A stretch of 64,000 nucleotides of DNA from Armatimonadota bacterium (GTDB taxonomy: Bacteria; Armatimonadota; SYMT01): the NCBI GenBank assembly GCA_041690135.1, contig JAWLHY010000008.1, positions 32,001 to 96,000 on the forward strand, in the 5' to 3' direction. Positions 9,402 through 18,509 of this stretch are shown in pieces. How positions within the stretch are numbered: position 1 is the stretch's first letter; the number at the start of each line of letters is the position of its first letter. A program made the translations under genes and the position numbers. The notes under the pieces were generated by a model. The model saw only the letters and a program-made list of their open reading frames with translations. It did not search any database and had not been told where the DNA came from.

Positions 9402-10907
9402 TTAGTCCGCCCCAGTGGTTGCGGGCTCAGGAGATTGGGTCGTAGGCTCCGTGTCGGGGGTGGGGGTGGGCTTTTTGGGCTCGGCCGTGCCGACGCGGAC
9501 CACGCCGCTGAACGGGCGGTAGTAGTCGCGGGTCACCACTTCCTGACGGATGACCTTTCCGTCCTTCTTCACCACGCGGCTTACGGTCACCCGGCGCCCG
9601 TTCTTAGCGGGTTCGACCACCACGCGACGCCCCTTGGGAAGCCGAGAGTCGTTGATCGACTTGTAACTCGCGGGGATGGTGGAGATCCGGCTGCTGACGA
9701 GGTTGATCTCCAGGTCGTCGTCCGGATGCCCGTGGATCAGCACCACGCAACGGCTGCCCACCACCTTGGCGTCGATGGCCACGGGATGCTGGAACCGGTT
9801 CTTGAACCGGAAGTCGATCACGCCGTCAACGACGGTGGCATCGCGTCCGGCCGGGACGTAGGCAACCGGGAACGCGTGATGGCGGCGCCGCACGATCTGC
9901 ATATCCGCCATCAGGGCGGCGTTGTACAGGGTGCTGCTCACCTGGCAGATACCGCCTCCCGTTCCAGGCTGCAGCTTCCCTCGCACGATGACGGGGGCTT
10001 CCTTATACCCGGCACTGGGAACCCGCGGCCCTACAATGTCGTTGTAGGAGAACTCGTCGCCCGGCAACAGGACGGTGCCGTCGATCGCCTTGCAGGCCAG
10101 TTGCACGTTGTGGATGCGGTTCCGGCTGCTCCCGCCCATGCTTGTGCTGAACCCGGTCAGTCGGGCGGTAATCGGCTTCAGGTCCTCCAGAGTGATCCGG
10201 GGCTCGGAAGTCCGGAGAGTCGCCTTGATTTCCATTACCGGCACCGATGCGAGCCAGGATTTGGTGTTGGCCTCCACGTCCAGAGATTCCGTTATCTTCT
10301 CGCGAAGAGCCGCGTCGTCTAGGAGCGCCTTGATCTGGGCCGTCATGGCCGCCGGATCTAGTTCCTTTCCGGGTTTCGGCGGGATGGCGGTGAGTTTGCC
10401 GCCTACGGTGGTCATCCGGGCATCGCGAGGATCCGCACCGATCCGGATCGAGAAACGGCGGAGAGCCTTCGCCACGCCTTCCTCTGCGAGCGTGACTTCC
10501 AGGGGAACCCGGCGTTCGTCCGGGCCGGTGAAGCGCTCACGGATCTTATCCAGCAGGTTGTCGGGAGTGGCGTCCGCTTCGAACAGAGCCGCCAGCGCTT
10601 TCTCGATGTCCACCCGTGCCCCGAGCTTGAGCGCCGTCGTCTTCTCGAGCGACTTCCCGTAGCGGACCCCGAGAGGGATGCCCGTGATACGCGCGGCATA
10701 CCCCTGAGCGAGCTTCTTCACCTCTTCCGGGGTTTTGCCTTCCACCGGAATATCGGCCAGGAACGAGGAAGGGCGCGCGACTCCGGTAGGGGTGGGCTCC
10801 GACCAGGCGCCGATACCCAGCGCCCCGGCCAGCACGATCCCGCACCCGGCAACTCCACCCGCGCCCCAGCGCAGACCAGCTATGTATCCCCTGTGTCGGC
10901 TTGCCAT
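9402..10907 (-). CDS. VanW family protein with C-terminal G5 domain
   Basis: N-terminal TM; RIHNVQLA, FSYNDIVGPR, GGGICQVSSTLYNA and GRDATV motifs; G5-like tail. Confidence 0.9.
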   Translation of the reverse strand: MASRHRGYIAGLRWGAGGVAGCGIVLAGALGIGAWSEPTPTGVARPSSFLADIPVEGKTPEEVKKLAQGYAARITGIPLGVRYGKSLEKTTALKLGARVDIEKALAALFEADATPDNLLDKIRERFTGPDERRVPLEVTLAEEGVAKALRRFSIRIGADPRDARMTTVGGKLTAIPPKPGKELDPAAMTAQIKALLDDAALREKITESLDVEANTKSWLASVPVMEIKATLRTSEPRITLEDLKPITARLTGFSTSMGGSSRNRIHNVQLACKAIDGTVLLPGDEFSYNDIVGPRVPSAGYKEAPVIVRGKLQPGTGGGICQVSSTLYNAALMADMQIVRRRHHAFPVAYVPAGRDATVVDGVIDFRFKNRFQHPVAIDAKVVGSRCVVLIHGHPDDDLEINLVSSRISTIPASYKSINDSRLPKGRRVVVEPAKNGRRVTVSRVVKKDGKVIRQEVVTRDYYRPFSGVVRVGTAEPKKPTPTPDTEPTTQSPEPATTGAD

Positions 10908-10929
10908 GTACTACTGAAGTCTATACAAC

Positions 10930-12405
10930 TCACGCGCGCCGCCAGGTAGATCCATCCTTGCGATCTTCCACAACGATTCCCAACTCACCCAGGCTCTGGC
11001 GCAGTTCGTCGGCCCCCGCGTAATCCTTGTTCCTGCGGAGTGCCTGCCGGGCGGCAAGCACCAACTCCACGAGCGGCCCCGTAAGATCATTCTCGGCGGC
11101 TCCGCCGGCCTGAGCCAGTTCCAGACCGAGTACTCCACACAGATCCAACATGGCGGTCCGCGCGGTCTCGGCCGCGGCAGCGCCGGCCGGAGTCTTCTCG
11201 GCGGCGGAGGCCGTGAGTTGATTCATCTCGGTTGCCAGGCCGAAGAGGACCGCCAGGGCCGCGGGGGTATTGAAGTCGTCGTCCATCGCCTCCTTGAAGC
11301 GATCGACCACGGTGGCCACGTGCTCATCCAGGCCCTTTGCCTTCTCTTCGTCACCGGTGCCTTCGGGAAGTTGCAGGTACCGCTCTGCGCTCTGGAGAGC
11401 GATCTTCAGGCGGTCCATGGCCCGTCCGGCCTCCTGCAATCCCTCATCCGTGTAGTCCACGGGGGTGCGGTAATGTTTGCTGAGGACCCAGAAGCGGACC
11501 AGGGGCGCTCCGTACTTCCCGATTTCGTCCATGATGACGCGGAAGTTCCCCTTGCTCTTGGACATCTTCTCGCCGTTCACCATCACGGTGCCGTTGTGCA
11601 TCCAGTAACGGGAGAACGGCTGGTGGGTGGCGCACTCGGACTGGGCGACTTCATCCTCGTTGTGGGGGAAGACGTTCTCCACGCCCGCTCCGTGGATGTC
11701 CAAGGTCTCGCCCAGGTACTTCATCGCCATGGCGGAGCACTCGATGTGCCAGCCGGGAAAGCCGACGCTCCAGGGGCTTTTCCAGCGCATCAGGTGCCCC
11801 GTACCCTCCGCATTCTTCCAGAGCGCGAAGTCGGCCGGGTGGCGCTTTCCGCTGCCTCCCTCCACGTCGCGGTGGCCCGATTCCTGCTCTTCCAGGCGGC
11901 GGTTAGAGAGCTTACCGTACTCCTTGAACGACTCGACGTCGAAGTAGACGCTCCCATCGACCACGTAAGCGTGACCGTTCTCGATCAACCGCTCGATGAG
12001 CGCGATCATTTCGGGGATATGCCCGGTGGCCCGGGGCGAGATGTCCGGCCGGAGGCAGTTGAGCGCATCCATCGCCCGGAAGTACTCGCGGGTAAACGTC
12101 TCGACGAGCTGCATCGGCTGCACGCCGCGCGCGCGTGCACGCGCCGCCACTTTATCTTCCGCGTTCTCATCCACGTCGCCCTGGAGATGCCCCACATCCG
12201 TGATGTTCTGGACGTACAGGGTGTCGTAACCCGAGTAGCGGAGATAGCGAACGGCCACGTCGAACCCGATGTAGCTCTTGGCGTGCCCCAGGTGCGGGTA
12301 GTCGTAAACGGTGGGGCCACAGACGTACATATTCACCCGTCCTTCGTGAAGGGGTTCGAAGACCTCTTTCTGTCGTGTGAGGGTGTTGTAGATGCGCAAT
12401 GCCAT
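10930..12405 (-). CDS. cysS: cysteine--tRNA ligase
   Basis: MYVCGPTVYD, HLGH, DFALWK, GFPGWHIECSAM, KMSKS and MDDDFNTP motifs. Confidence 0.97.
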   Translation of the reverse strand: MALRIYNTLTRQKEVFEPLHEGRVNMYVCGPTVYDYPHLGHAKSYIGFDVAVRYLRYSGYDTLYVQNITDVGHLQGDVDENAEDKVAARARARGVQPMQLVETFTREYFRAMDALNCLRPDISPRATGHIPEMIALIERLIENGHAYVVDGSVYFDVESFKEYGKLSNRRLEEQESGHRDVEGGSGKRHPADFALWKNAEGTGHLMRWKSPWSVGFPGWHIECSAMAMKYLGETLDIHGAGVENVFPHNEDEVAQSECATHQPFSRYWMHNGTVMVNGEKMSKSKGNFRVIMDEIGKYGAPLVRFWVLSKHYRTPVDYTDEGLQEAGRAMDRLKIALQSAERYLQLPEGTGDEEKAKGLDEHVATVVDRFKEAMDDDFNTPAALAVLFGLATEMNQLTASAAEKTPAGAAAAETARTAMLDLCGVLGLELAQAGGAAENDLTGPLVELVLAARQALRRNKDYAGADELRQSLGELGIVVEDRKDGSTWRRA

Positions 12406-12666
12406 GGGAGTATCCTGGTCCGGTACGTCTGTAACGTCACTTACGAGAAAGCTTAGCCACGAAGGCCTCGAAAGTATACCACGAGTGATGCCGCCGGGTA
12501 CACGGGGCAAGCACGTCCGAATGTGATACTCATCTTTCGAGTTGCGGCACCGGTTCGACGGTTCGGCCCGTTCAAACCGACCCACATTCAGACGTTTTCA
12601 CGCTTGTTCCCGCGGGGATTCCGCCCTCAGGCCCGATAGACCGTCCATCTGTAAGGAACCAAGACC

Positions 12667-13311
12667 ATGGAAGCGACGTCCGCACAGACGCTGCCCCGGC
12701 TGAACGAGCCGGCTCCCGATTTCAGCGCTACCAGCACCCAGGGCCCGATTTCACTGTCCCAGTACAAGGGAAAGTGGATCGTGCTCTTCTCGCACCCGGC
12801 CGACTTCACCCCGGTCTGTACCACCGAGTTCATCGAGTTCGCCCGCAACTACGAAGAGTTCGAGAAGCGCAATGTCCAGCTGATCGGTCTCAGCATCGAT
12901 AGCATCTACGCCCACATCGCGTGGGTCCGCAACATCGAACAGAACTTCGGCGTCGACATCAAGTTCCCGGTCATCGCCGACCTGGACATGAAAGTCGCCC
13001 AGCTCTACGGCATGATCCACCCGGGCGCGGCCAGCACCGCTACCGTCCGTTGCGTCTTCATCATCGATGACAAGGGCATCGTCCGTGCGATGGTCTACTA
13101 CCCGCTGACCAATGGGCGCAACATCGACGAGATCATTCGCCTGATCGACGCGCTGCAGACCCACGAGGCGCAGAAGGTCGCCACCCCCGCCAACTGGCGG
13201 CCCGGCGACAAGGTCATCGTCCCGCCGCCGCTGACCCAGGAAGGCGCCGAGGAGCGCTGCAAGGCCGACTACGAGATCACGGACTGGTACTTCGCCAAGA
13301 AGCAGATCTAG
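12667..13311 (+). CDS. peroxiredoxin (Prx6-type)
   Basis: FSHPADFTPVCTTEF, GRNIDEI and TPANW motifs. Confidence 0.95.
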   Translation: MEATSAQTLPRLNEPAPDFSATSTQGPISLSQYKGKWIVLFSHPADFTPVCTTEFIEFARNYEEFEKRNVQLIGLSIDSIYAHIAWVRNIEQNFGVDIKFPVIADLDMKVAQLYGMIHPGAASTATVRCVFIIDDKGIVRAMVYYPLTNGRNIDEIIRLIDALQTHEAQKVATPANWRPGDKVIVPPPLTQEGAEERCKADYEITDWYFAKKQI

Positions 13312-13337
13312 GTTTCGGTCCGATCACTCGATCAACG

Positions 13338-13376
13338 AAGAGAGCCTCCCCTGTTCTGGGGAGGCTCTTTTCATTT
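13338..13376 (+). terminator. Rho-independent terminator
   Basis: agagcctcccc-tgttct-ggggaggctct stem-loop followed by tttcattt. Confidence 0.8.
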
Positions 13377-13392
13377 GAGCATTGGGCGTTAG

Positions 13393-13424
13393 GGTGGTCA
13401 GGTGTTCGGGTGTTCGGGTGCTCG
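13393..13424. repeat. octamer short tandem repeat (GGTGTTCG-like x4)
   Basis: ggtggtca ggtgttcg ggtgttcg ggtgctcg; same family at 17851-17890. Confidence 0.75.
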
Positions 13425-13612
13425 GGCGCCCCTGTTTGGGGGGGGGGACGTTGGGCAATCAGGCCACCCATCGGTTGGTGAACGTATAGGCTTTGGGCAT
13501 CGGCTACCGCAGTCTTGAGCTCGGAAGGTCATGGGGAGGAGCGAGAGACTAGAAGCAACTTCCCCGATCTCGCATTTCCACGGTAGAGGTGGTCCGCCTC
13601 GAACACTGGCGT

Positions 13613-14464
13613 CTATCCGGAGCACGGCAGCCACTCCTGGAGTTGCCTGGCTCCTTCTATGACCAGTTCATCCCTGGCCTCCGCGGATACCGTGGGTACG
13701 CCGTAGAGGTTGAGGGACAGGGCACCCCGGTACCCGTGCTTCTCGAGTGCGCGGAAGGTAGCGGGGAAGTTGACTTCGCCCTGCCCGATGGCTCGGTGGA
13801 AGTCACTCCGGGTGGCGTCTCGCAGGTGGACGTGGAACAGGCGATCCTCCACGATTTCCAGGAAAGCCGAGATGGGAATCCGCAGGTAGTGCAGGATGGC
13901 AGTGTCGAGGGTGATCCCCAGGCGCCGGTCGGGGAGCTCGTCGAGGAGGCGACGGAGCTTCTTCTGGCTGTTGAGTACGTCCCCCACGTCCAGCTTGACG
14001 GCCAACCGGACGCCTGTACTGGAAGTCCGACCCAGGATCATCCGCAGGGCACTGGTGGCGCGCGACCAGGCCGCATCCCACGCATCAACGTCGGTGCTGC
14101 CCAGCGACGTACTGACCACGCGGGCCCCCAGAGTGCGGGCGAGCCGGATGGCGGAGATGGTGTACTCGACCGCCTCCTCGCCGCCTTCTTCCTCCATGCG
14201 CGGAAGGTCCGGATGCTCCGCCGCTAACGCGACAACGGAGATGAGCGTGGGTTCACCGGCGGGCATGCCGGGTTGCAGCTTACCAGGTGGAAAAGTCGAA
14301 AGTTGGGTGCGGAGAGCGGCTGCGTCCACGGTGCGCGGATCGGCGTGGAGGGAACCGAGAGTGGCCGCCAGATCGAGGGCGGTGATGCCGGTCGAGGCAG
14401 CGACCTGGAGCGCCTCGTCGAGCGGTCGGTCGTGCCACATCTGGGTATTGAGCGCTAGAACCAT
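13613..14464 (-). CDS. sugar phosphate isomerase/epimerase (xylose isomerase-like TIM barrel)
   Basis: ITLDTA, FHVHLRD, IGQGEVNF and GYRGALSL motifs; some metal-ligand Glu residues look substituted. Confidence 0.75.
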   Translation of the reverse strand: MVLALNTQMWHDRPLDEALQVAASTGITALDLAATLGSLHADPRTVDAAALRTQLSTFPPGKLQPGMPAGEPTLISVVALAAEHPDLPRMEEEGGEEAVEYTISAIRLARTLGARVVSTSLGSTDVDAWDAAWSRATSALRMILGRTSSTGVRLAVKLDVGDVLNSQKKLRRLLDELPDRRLGITLDTAILHYLRIPISAFLEIVEDRLFHVHLRDATRSDFHRAIGQGEVNFPATFRALEKHGYRGALSLNLYGVPTVSAEARDELVIEGARQLQEWLPCSG

Positions 14465-14543
14465 AATTGGAAAGGGGATTGTTGATTCGGCGGACGGTGA
14501 AATGCTCTGCCGGACGTGGAAGAACTGAGCAGGAGTTCTACCG

Positions 14544-15272
14544 GTGAGTTTTACCCTCGTTCAGCTATCCGCACTGGTTTTCCCCGTTCTCGCAGTGCTT
14601 TTTCTCCGCGCTCGATCGGCCGACCGTACCCACGCGCCTCTCGCATGGTCGGCGTATGCCCTGGGCGCGGTGACCCTGATCCCCGCCGCCTGGCTCGGCC
14701 TCCGTGCTGACGCGACCGTGCGCCTTGTGGATGACCACTACCTCCGCGGCCTGGCGGAGGCTTTCCTCAGTGCCGCGCTCCCGGAGCAACTCGTACGATT
14801 CCTCGTGGTCTGGTGGTTCTGCGAACGGGCGAAGGTCGCCGGCAAACGGATCGACCCGGTAGTGTGCGGCGCCTCCGCGGCGCTGGGCTTTGCAATGGTG
14901 GAAGGGTGGCTACACCCGATCGAAGATGATCAGTTAGGTGCACTTATAGGCGCCGGGGTCGCCATGGCCAGCCATGGCTTCGACGGTATGATCCTGGGCT
15001 ACTTTGTCCGCCGGGCTCTCGATGACCCCGAGCGCAAGCCGCAGTTCCTCGCACTGGCACTGGTCGTGCCCCTTACCCTGCACACGCTGTACGACTTCAC
15101 GCTGATGACCGAGATCCCAGCCCATCCGGCCCAAGCCGCAGCCGGAACCTCCCCCGCGGCGATGCTGCTGACCGGGCTTTCGCTCGGAATCCTGATGATG
15201 GAAGCCGTTTGGGCCATCCACCTCCTGGGCACCCTCCGCCATCCTCAGCCGGGTCCTGCATTGCGTCAGTGA
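14544..15272 (+). CDS. PrsW family intramembrane protease-like protein
   Basis: multi-TM; AALPEQ (EE degenerate), ALGFAMVE, SHG and LHTLYDF motifs. Confidence 0.75.
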   Translation: MSFTLVQLSALVFPVLAVLFLRARSADRTHAPLAWSAYALGAVTLIPAAWLGLRADATVRLVDDHYLRGLAEAFLSAALPEQLVRFLVVWWFCERAKVAGKRIDPVVCGASAALGFAMVEGWLHPIEDDQLGALIGAGVAMASHGFDGMILGYFVRRALDDPERKPQFLALALVVPLTLHTLYDFTLMTEIPAHPAQAAAGTSPAAMLLTGLSLGILMMEAVWAIHLLGTLRHPQPGPALRQ

Positions 15273-15481
15273 CGGTAGTGGGGCCGACCTACCGCAAAGT
15301 AGACGAGGGCCCCGACGCAGTTCAAGAAAAGAATGACCAGCACCCAGATGAGCTTGGTTCCCGCGCGATAGTAACGGTCTTCCGGAACGCGGATGGCATC
15401 CACCAGTGCCGCCAGCGTGATAATCCAGGGGATCAACCCGGCGCCGATCAAGAGCAACTCAGCAGGACCCAGCTCGAACAT
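15266..15481 (-). CDS. small membrane protein with PLDc N-terminal-like domain
   Basis: ALVDAIR...KLIWVLVILFLNCVGALVYF pattern. Confidence 0.75.
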   Translation of the reverse strand: MFELGPAELLLIGAGLIPWIITLAALVDAIRVPEDRYYRAGTKLIWVLVILFLNCVGALVYFAVGRPHYRH

Positions 15482-15598
15482 GCGAAAGAACCCTCTCATG
15501 GGATGTGGTCACCCCGAAGTGGCGCCATTCCACTTAACGGTGTATGTTGCCTCTGGTTGCGCCTCGGTCACCGCACCGCAGGGGAAGTGAGTTCCTTG

Positions 15599-16051
15599 CT
15601 ATGAGTTTTTCACCCCTCCCATCTCCAAGCCAGCCGCGAAGCCGCGGAGAAAGGCTCGGCTCGTCTCCTTTTCGACACCGGGGACGCGCACCAGAACGCT
15701 TTCGATCGGCACTCCCTGCGTGAGGAGGTATGCGGCGTAGACCGTACCGGCCCGCCCTCCGCCGCCCATTCAGTGGATGAGCACAGCCGGGTCCAATTCG
15801 GAGCGGCGCCGGATGAGGTCCAGGGTGGCGCCCAACCCCTCGGGCAGTGGGGAAGCAAAGTCGCGGATGAGGAACGGGTGCCACTCGATGCCGCGCTCCT
15901 CCATCCGCGCCTGGACTTCCGGGCTGACCGGATGCAGCGAGACGACGGCGCGGATGCCCTGATCGTGCAGCCAGTCGACCGTCTCCGGGGTCTCGGGGAC
16001 CCCGGAGAGCGCGACGCGGCCTTCTTCTTCGAAGCGGAAGTTCTTTACCAT
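15599..16051 (-). CDS. putative selenocysteine-containing dual-specificity/protein-tyrosine phosphatase (150 aa, Sec94)
   Basis: the 93-aa ORF stops at VLIH-TGA (15770-15772); the same frame continues MGGGGRAGTVYAAYLL... for 56 codons to TAG at 15599, giving H-U-X5-R; GIRAVVSL and IRDF acid loop present; ATG abuts the upstream TAA. Confidence 0.85.
15730..15769 (-). promoter_or_regulatory. candidate bacterial SECIS element
   Basis: after UGA: AUGGGCGGCGGAGGGC-GGGCC-GGUAC-GGUCU-ACGCCGCAU; the apical loop starts with G, 21 nt after the UGA. Confidence 0.6.
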
Positions 16052-17014
16052 TTAAGGACGGATGCCGGGGACATTGAGCTTGATGCGGTAGAGCCCGGAG
16101 CGGGCGGTCATGTAGAGGGTTTTGCCATCGGCATCGCCCCAATGGCAATTGGCGGGCACTTCCTCGGGGCGGATCAGGCCGAGGTACTTGCCGGTAGGGC
16201 TGAGGACCCACACCCCGCCAGGGCCGGTGCCGTAGACGTTCCCTTCCTTATCGACCTTCATTCCATCCGGTAGGCCGTCTTGCTTGCTCTGGGTGACATC
16301 GTAAAAGACCTTACCCGCGCCCAGAGTGCCGTCGGCCTTCACCGGGTAGGACATCCAGATCTTGCGGGCGGCGTCGGAATTGGCCACGTAGAGCGTCTTC
16401 TCGTCCGGTGAGAAGGCCAGACCGTTCGGGCGGGTAAGCTCTTTCGTGAGGAGGGTCAGCTTACCGTCCTTGTACCGGTAGACGCCGTTGAAGGGGAGCT
16501 CCTTGGCCGGATCCTGGTCCTGCTTCGGCAGGCCGTAGGGAGGATCGGTGAAGTACATCGCCCCGTCGGACTTGAAGATGACGTCGTTCGGGCTGTTCAG
16601 CCGCTTGCCTTCGTAGCGGTCCACGATCGTGACGTAGGACCCGTCCTTCTCCCGTCGGGAGACGCGCCGTCCGGAGTGCTCGCAGCAGATGAGGCGACCC
16701 TGGGGGTCCAGCGTGTTGCCGTTCGTGTTCTGGGAAGGGTTTCGGAAGTCGGAGACCTTGCCGGCTTTCGGGTCCCACTTGCGAAGGACGTTGTTCGGGA
16801 TGTCGCTGAAGACAAGGAATCCCTCGTGCATCCAGACGGGGCCTTCCGTGAACTTGAAGCCTCCGGCCAGTTTCTCGATCTTCGCTCCTTCCGGAACGAT
16901 CTTCTTGAACTCGGGTGCGTTGAGGTCGATTCCTTCGCCGGAGGCGCCCTCCACCAGGGGGGCGCAGAGGCAGGCGGCAGTCAAGCTAAGACAAAGGAGT
17001 GCGTTGTGCTTCAT
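16052..17014 (-). CDS. SMP-30/gluconolactonase family secreted protein
   Basis: signal peptide; FTEGPVW, FSDIP, LNSPND, FTDPPYG, PNGLAFSPD and PDGMKVD motifs. Confidence 0.92.
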   Translation of the reverse strand: MKHNALLCLSLTAACLCAPLVEGASGEGIDLNAPEFKKIVPEGAKIEKLAGGFKFTEGPVWMHEGFLVFSDIPNNVLRKWDPKAGKVSDFRNPSQNTNGNTLDPQGRLICCEHSGRRVSRREKDGSYVTIVDRYEGKRLNSPNDVIFKSDGAMYFTDPPYGLPKQDQDPAKELPFNGVYRYKDGKLTLLTKELTRPNGLAFSPDEKTLYVANSDAARKIWMSYPVKADGTLGAGKVFYDVTQSKQDGLPDGMKVDKEGNVYGTGPGGVWVLSPTGKYLGLIRPEEVPANCHWGDADGKTLYMTARSGLYRIKLNVPGIRP

Positions 17015-17213
17015 GGTGAGTCCGGGAGACGGCGTCGGTTCACCGGATCGTCGCGCTGGAGCGTCGAAACCGAGGTAGGAGAGCGAGACGTAGGAGGCGG
17101 TAGCTCGCAGGCGCGAAGTGCCGGCTCCCCCGCTCTCCCTCAGATTGGGGGTGGGGGAAGCCGGCTCCTCCTGTTGAAATGCGCCGTGTTGGGGCGTGAG
17201 CGGCAAACGGCGC

Positions 17214-17726
17214 TCAGGCTGCGATCGCCTCGGAGTAATGGTGGAGGCCGACGGGGTGGGCACGGTGCATCGCCAACTCTGCCCGTCCGAACTCGCCGTC
17301 GGTGTGGACGAAGACCAGGGTGCGCCCCTCTTTGAGCTCCCGATTGTATTCCTCCGCGGCCCGGCGCGGGAGTCCGAGCCCCACCAGAACTCCCGCAAAC
17401 CCTCCCACCGAGGCTCCCCCAACCGCACCCACCATGGCTGCTGCGAGCGGCCCTGCGGCTATCACGATGCCAGCGCCGGGCAGTGTCAGTGCTGTGAGGC
17501 CGGCCACCCATCCAGCCACGCCGCCGAGGATTCCACCCGCGGCCACGCCCGTGGCTCCTCCCTTGATAACATTCACCCCCAGTTCCTCGGCGTAGTTCTC
17601 GGCTTCGCGAGGGTCCGGGGCGAAGATGCTGATGTTGCGGGACGTGAAACCCGCTTCACGCAGGTTCTCCACCGCCTGCACGGCCTTGCCATGCGAATCG
17701 AAGACTCCTACCACCGTCTGTGCCAT
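17214..17726 (-). CDS. general stress protein 17M-like membrane protein
   Basis: TVVGVFD..A..AV..L...GF, Gly-zipper helices and GLGLP..AEEY..LKEG..LV. Confidence 0.75.
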   Translation of the reverse strand: MAQTVVGVFDSHGKAVQAVENLREAGFTSRNISIFAPDPREAENYAEELGVNVIKGGATGVAAGGILGGVAGWVAGLTALTLPGAGIVIAAGPLAAAMVGAVGGASVGGFAGVLVGLGLPRRAAEEYNRELKEGRTLVFVHTDGEFGRAELAMHRAHPVGLHHYSEAIAA

Positions 17727-17850
17727 TCCCTGTTACTCCTCCTATTTAGGGTTACCGGATAGGGGAATGGTAAAACGGGGTCGGAATTGGGCGTTCAGGC
17801 GGACGATCCGCGAATTGGGCGAGTAGTCCGAATGGGAAGGGCCTTTAGCA

Positions 17851-17890
17851 GGTGTTCGGGTGTCTGGGTGACCGGGTGTTCAGGTGTTCA
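17851..17890. repeat. octamer short tandem repeat (GGTGTTCG/A-like x5)
   Basis: ggtgttcg ggtgtctg ggtgaccg ggtgttca ggtgttca. Confidence 0.75.
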
Positions 17891-17921
17891 GGCGCTCTGG
17901 CGAGATGGGAGGTTTCGCGCT

Positions 17922-18509
17922 CTACTTCAGGGCCTGGGCAGCGGGGCTCAGGAGCACGTAGAGGATGGGAATGGCGGCTCCGAGGAGGACCAGGATTCCG
18001 CCGCGGCCGGCGAGGCCGTTCTTGCCCGGCAGCATGAACATCCCGGAGAGAGCCAGGAACAACAGTCCGATCGCGTAGAGATCGGCGACGACCGTCCAGG
18101 CCTTCTTGCCCCGGTTCAGGTGGAGCCAGTTCGCGGCCCGGAAGAAGGGTCGCGGCTTCTGGCCTTCTTCCACGACACGCCCAGACTCGGGGTTCACCGT
18201 GAGGGTGCGGTTCTCCATCTGAATCCGGAGCTCGTCCGGGGCGTAGCGTTCCACCTGCTTCGGCGCACCTTCGATGCGAAGTTGGTTCAGCACCTCGCGC
18301 GCGGCGTTGGCGTCGTCCGGCGGCAGGGTACCCTGGAGCGTGTGGGTTTGGCGATAGCGGACGAAGTTGGAGTCCCAGTCCGCGACGTGGTTTACCGCCA
18401 GACCGGAGAGGGCATAGACCACAGTGAGACCCACGGCAAGGTAACCACAGTCTCGATGCAAGGAGCGGACCAGCGGACGCCAGCTCACACGGCGGCGCTG
18501 TTCAGGCAT
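17922..18509 (-). CDS. PepSY-associated TM helix protein
   Basis: RSLHRDCGY..YALSGLAVNH, NWLHLN and WTVVAD motifs. Confidence 0.8.
   Translation of the reverse strand: MPEQRRRVSWRPLVRSLHRDCGYLAVGLTVVYALSGLAVNHVADWDSNFVRYRQTHTLQGTLPPDDANAAREVLNQLRIEGAPKQVERYAPDELRIQMENRTLTVNPESGRVVEEGQKPRPFFRAANWLHLNRGKKAWTVVADLYAIGLLFLALSGMFMLPGKNGLAGRGGILVLLGAAIPILYVLLSPAAQALK

Noticed and set aside
15770-16051. 93-aa ORF as a complete protein or simple truncated pseudogene
   Set aside because: the stop coincides with the catalytic Cys, the downstream frame is intact, and a SECIS-like hairpin and selB are present; nonsense mutation remains a less likely alternative
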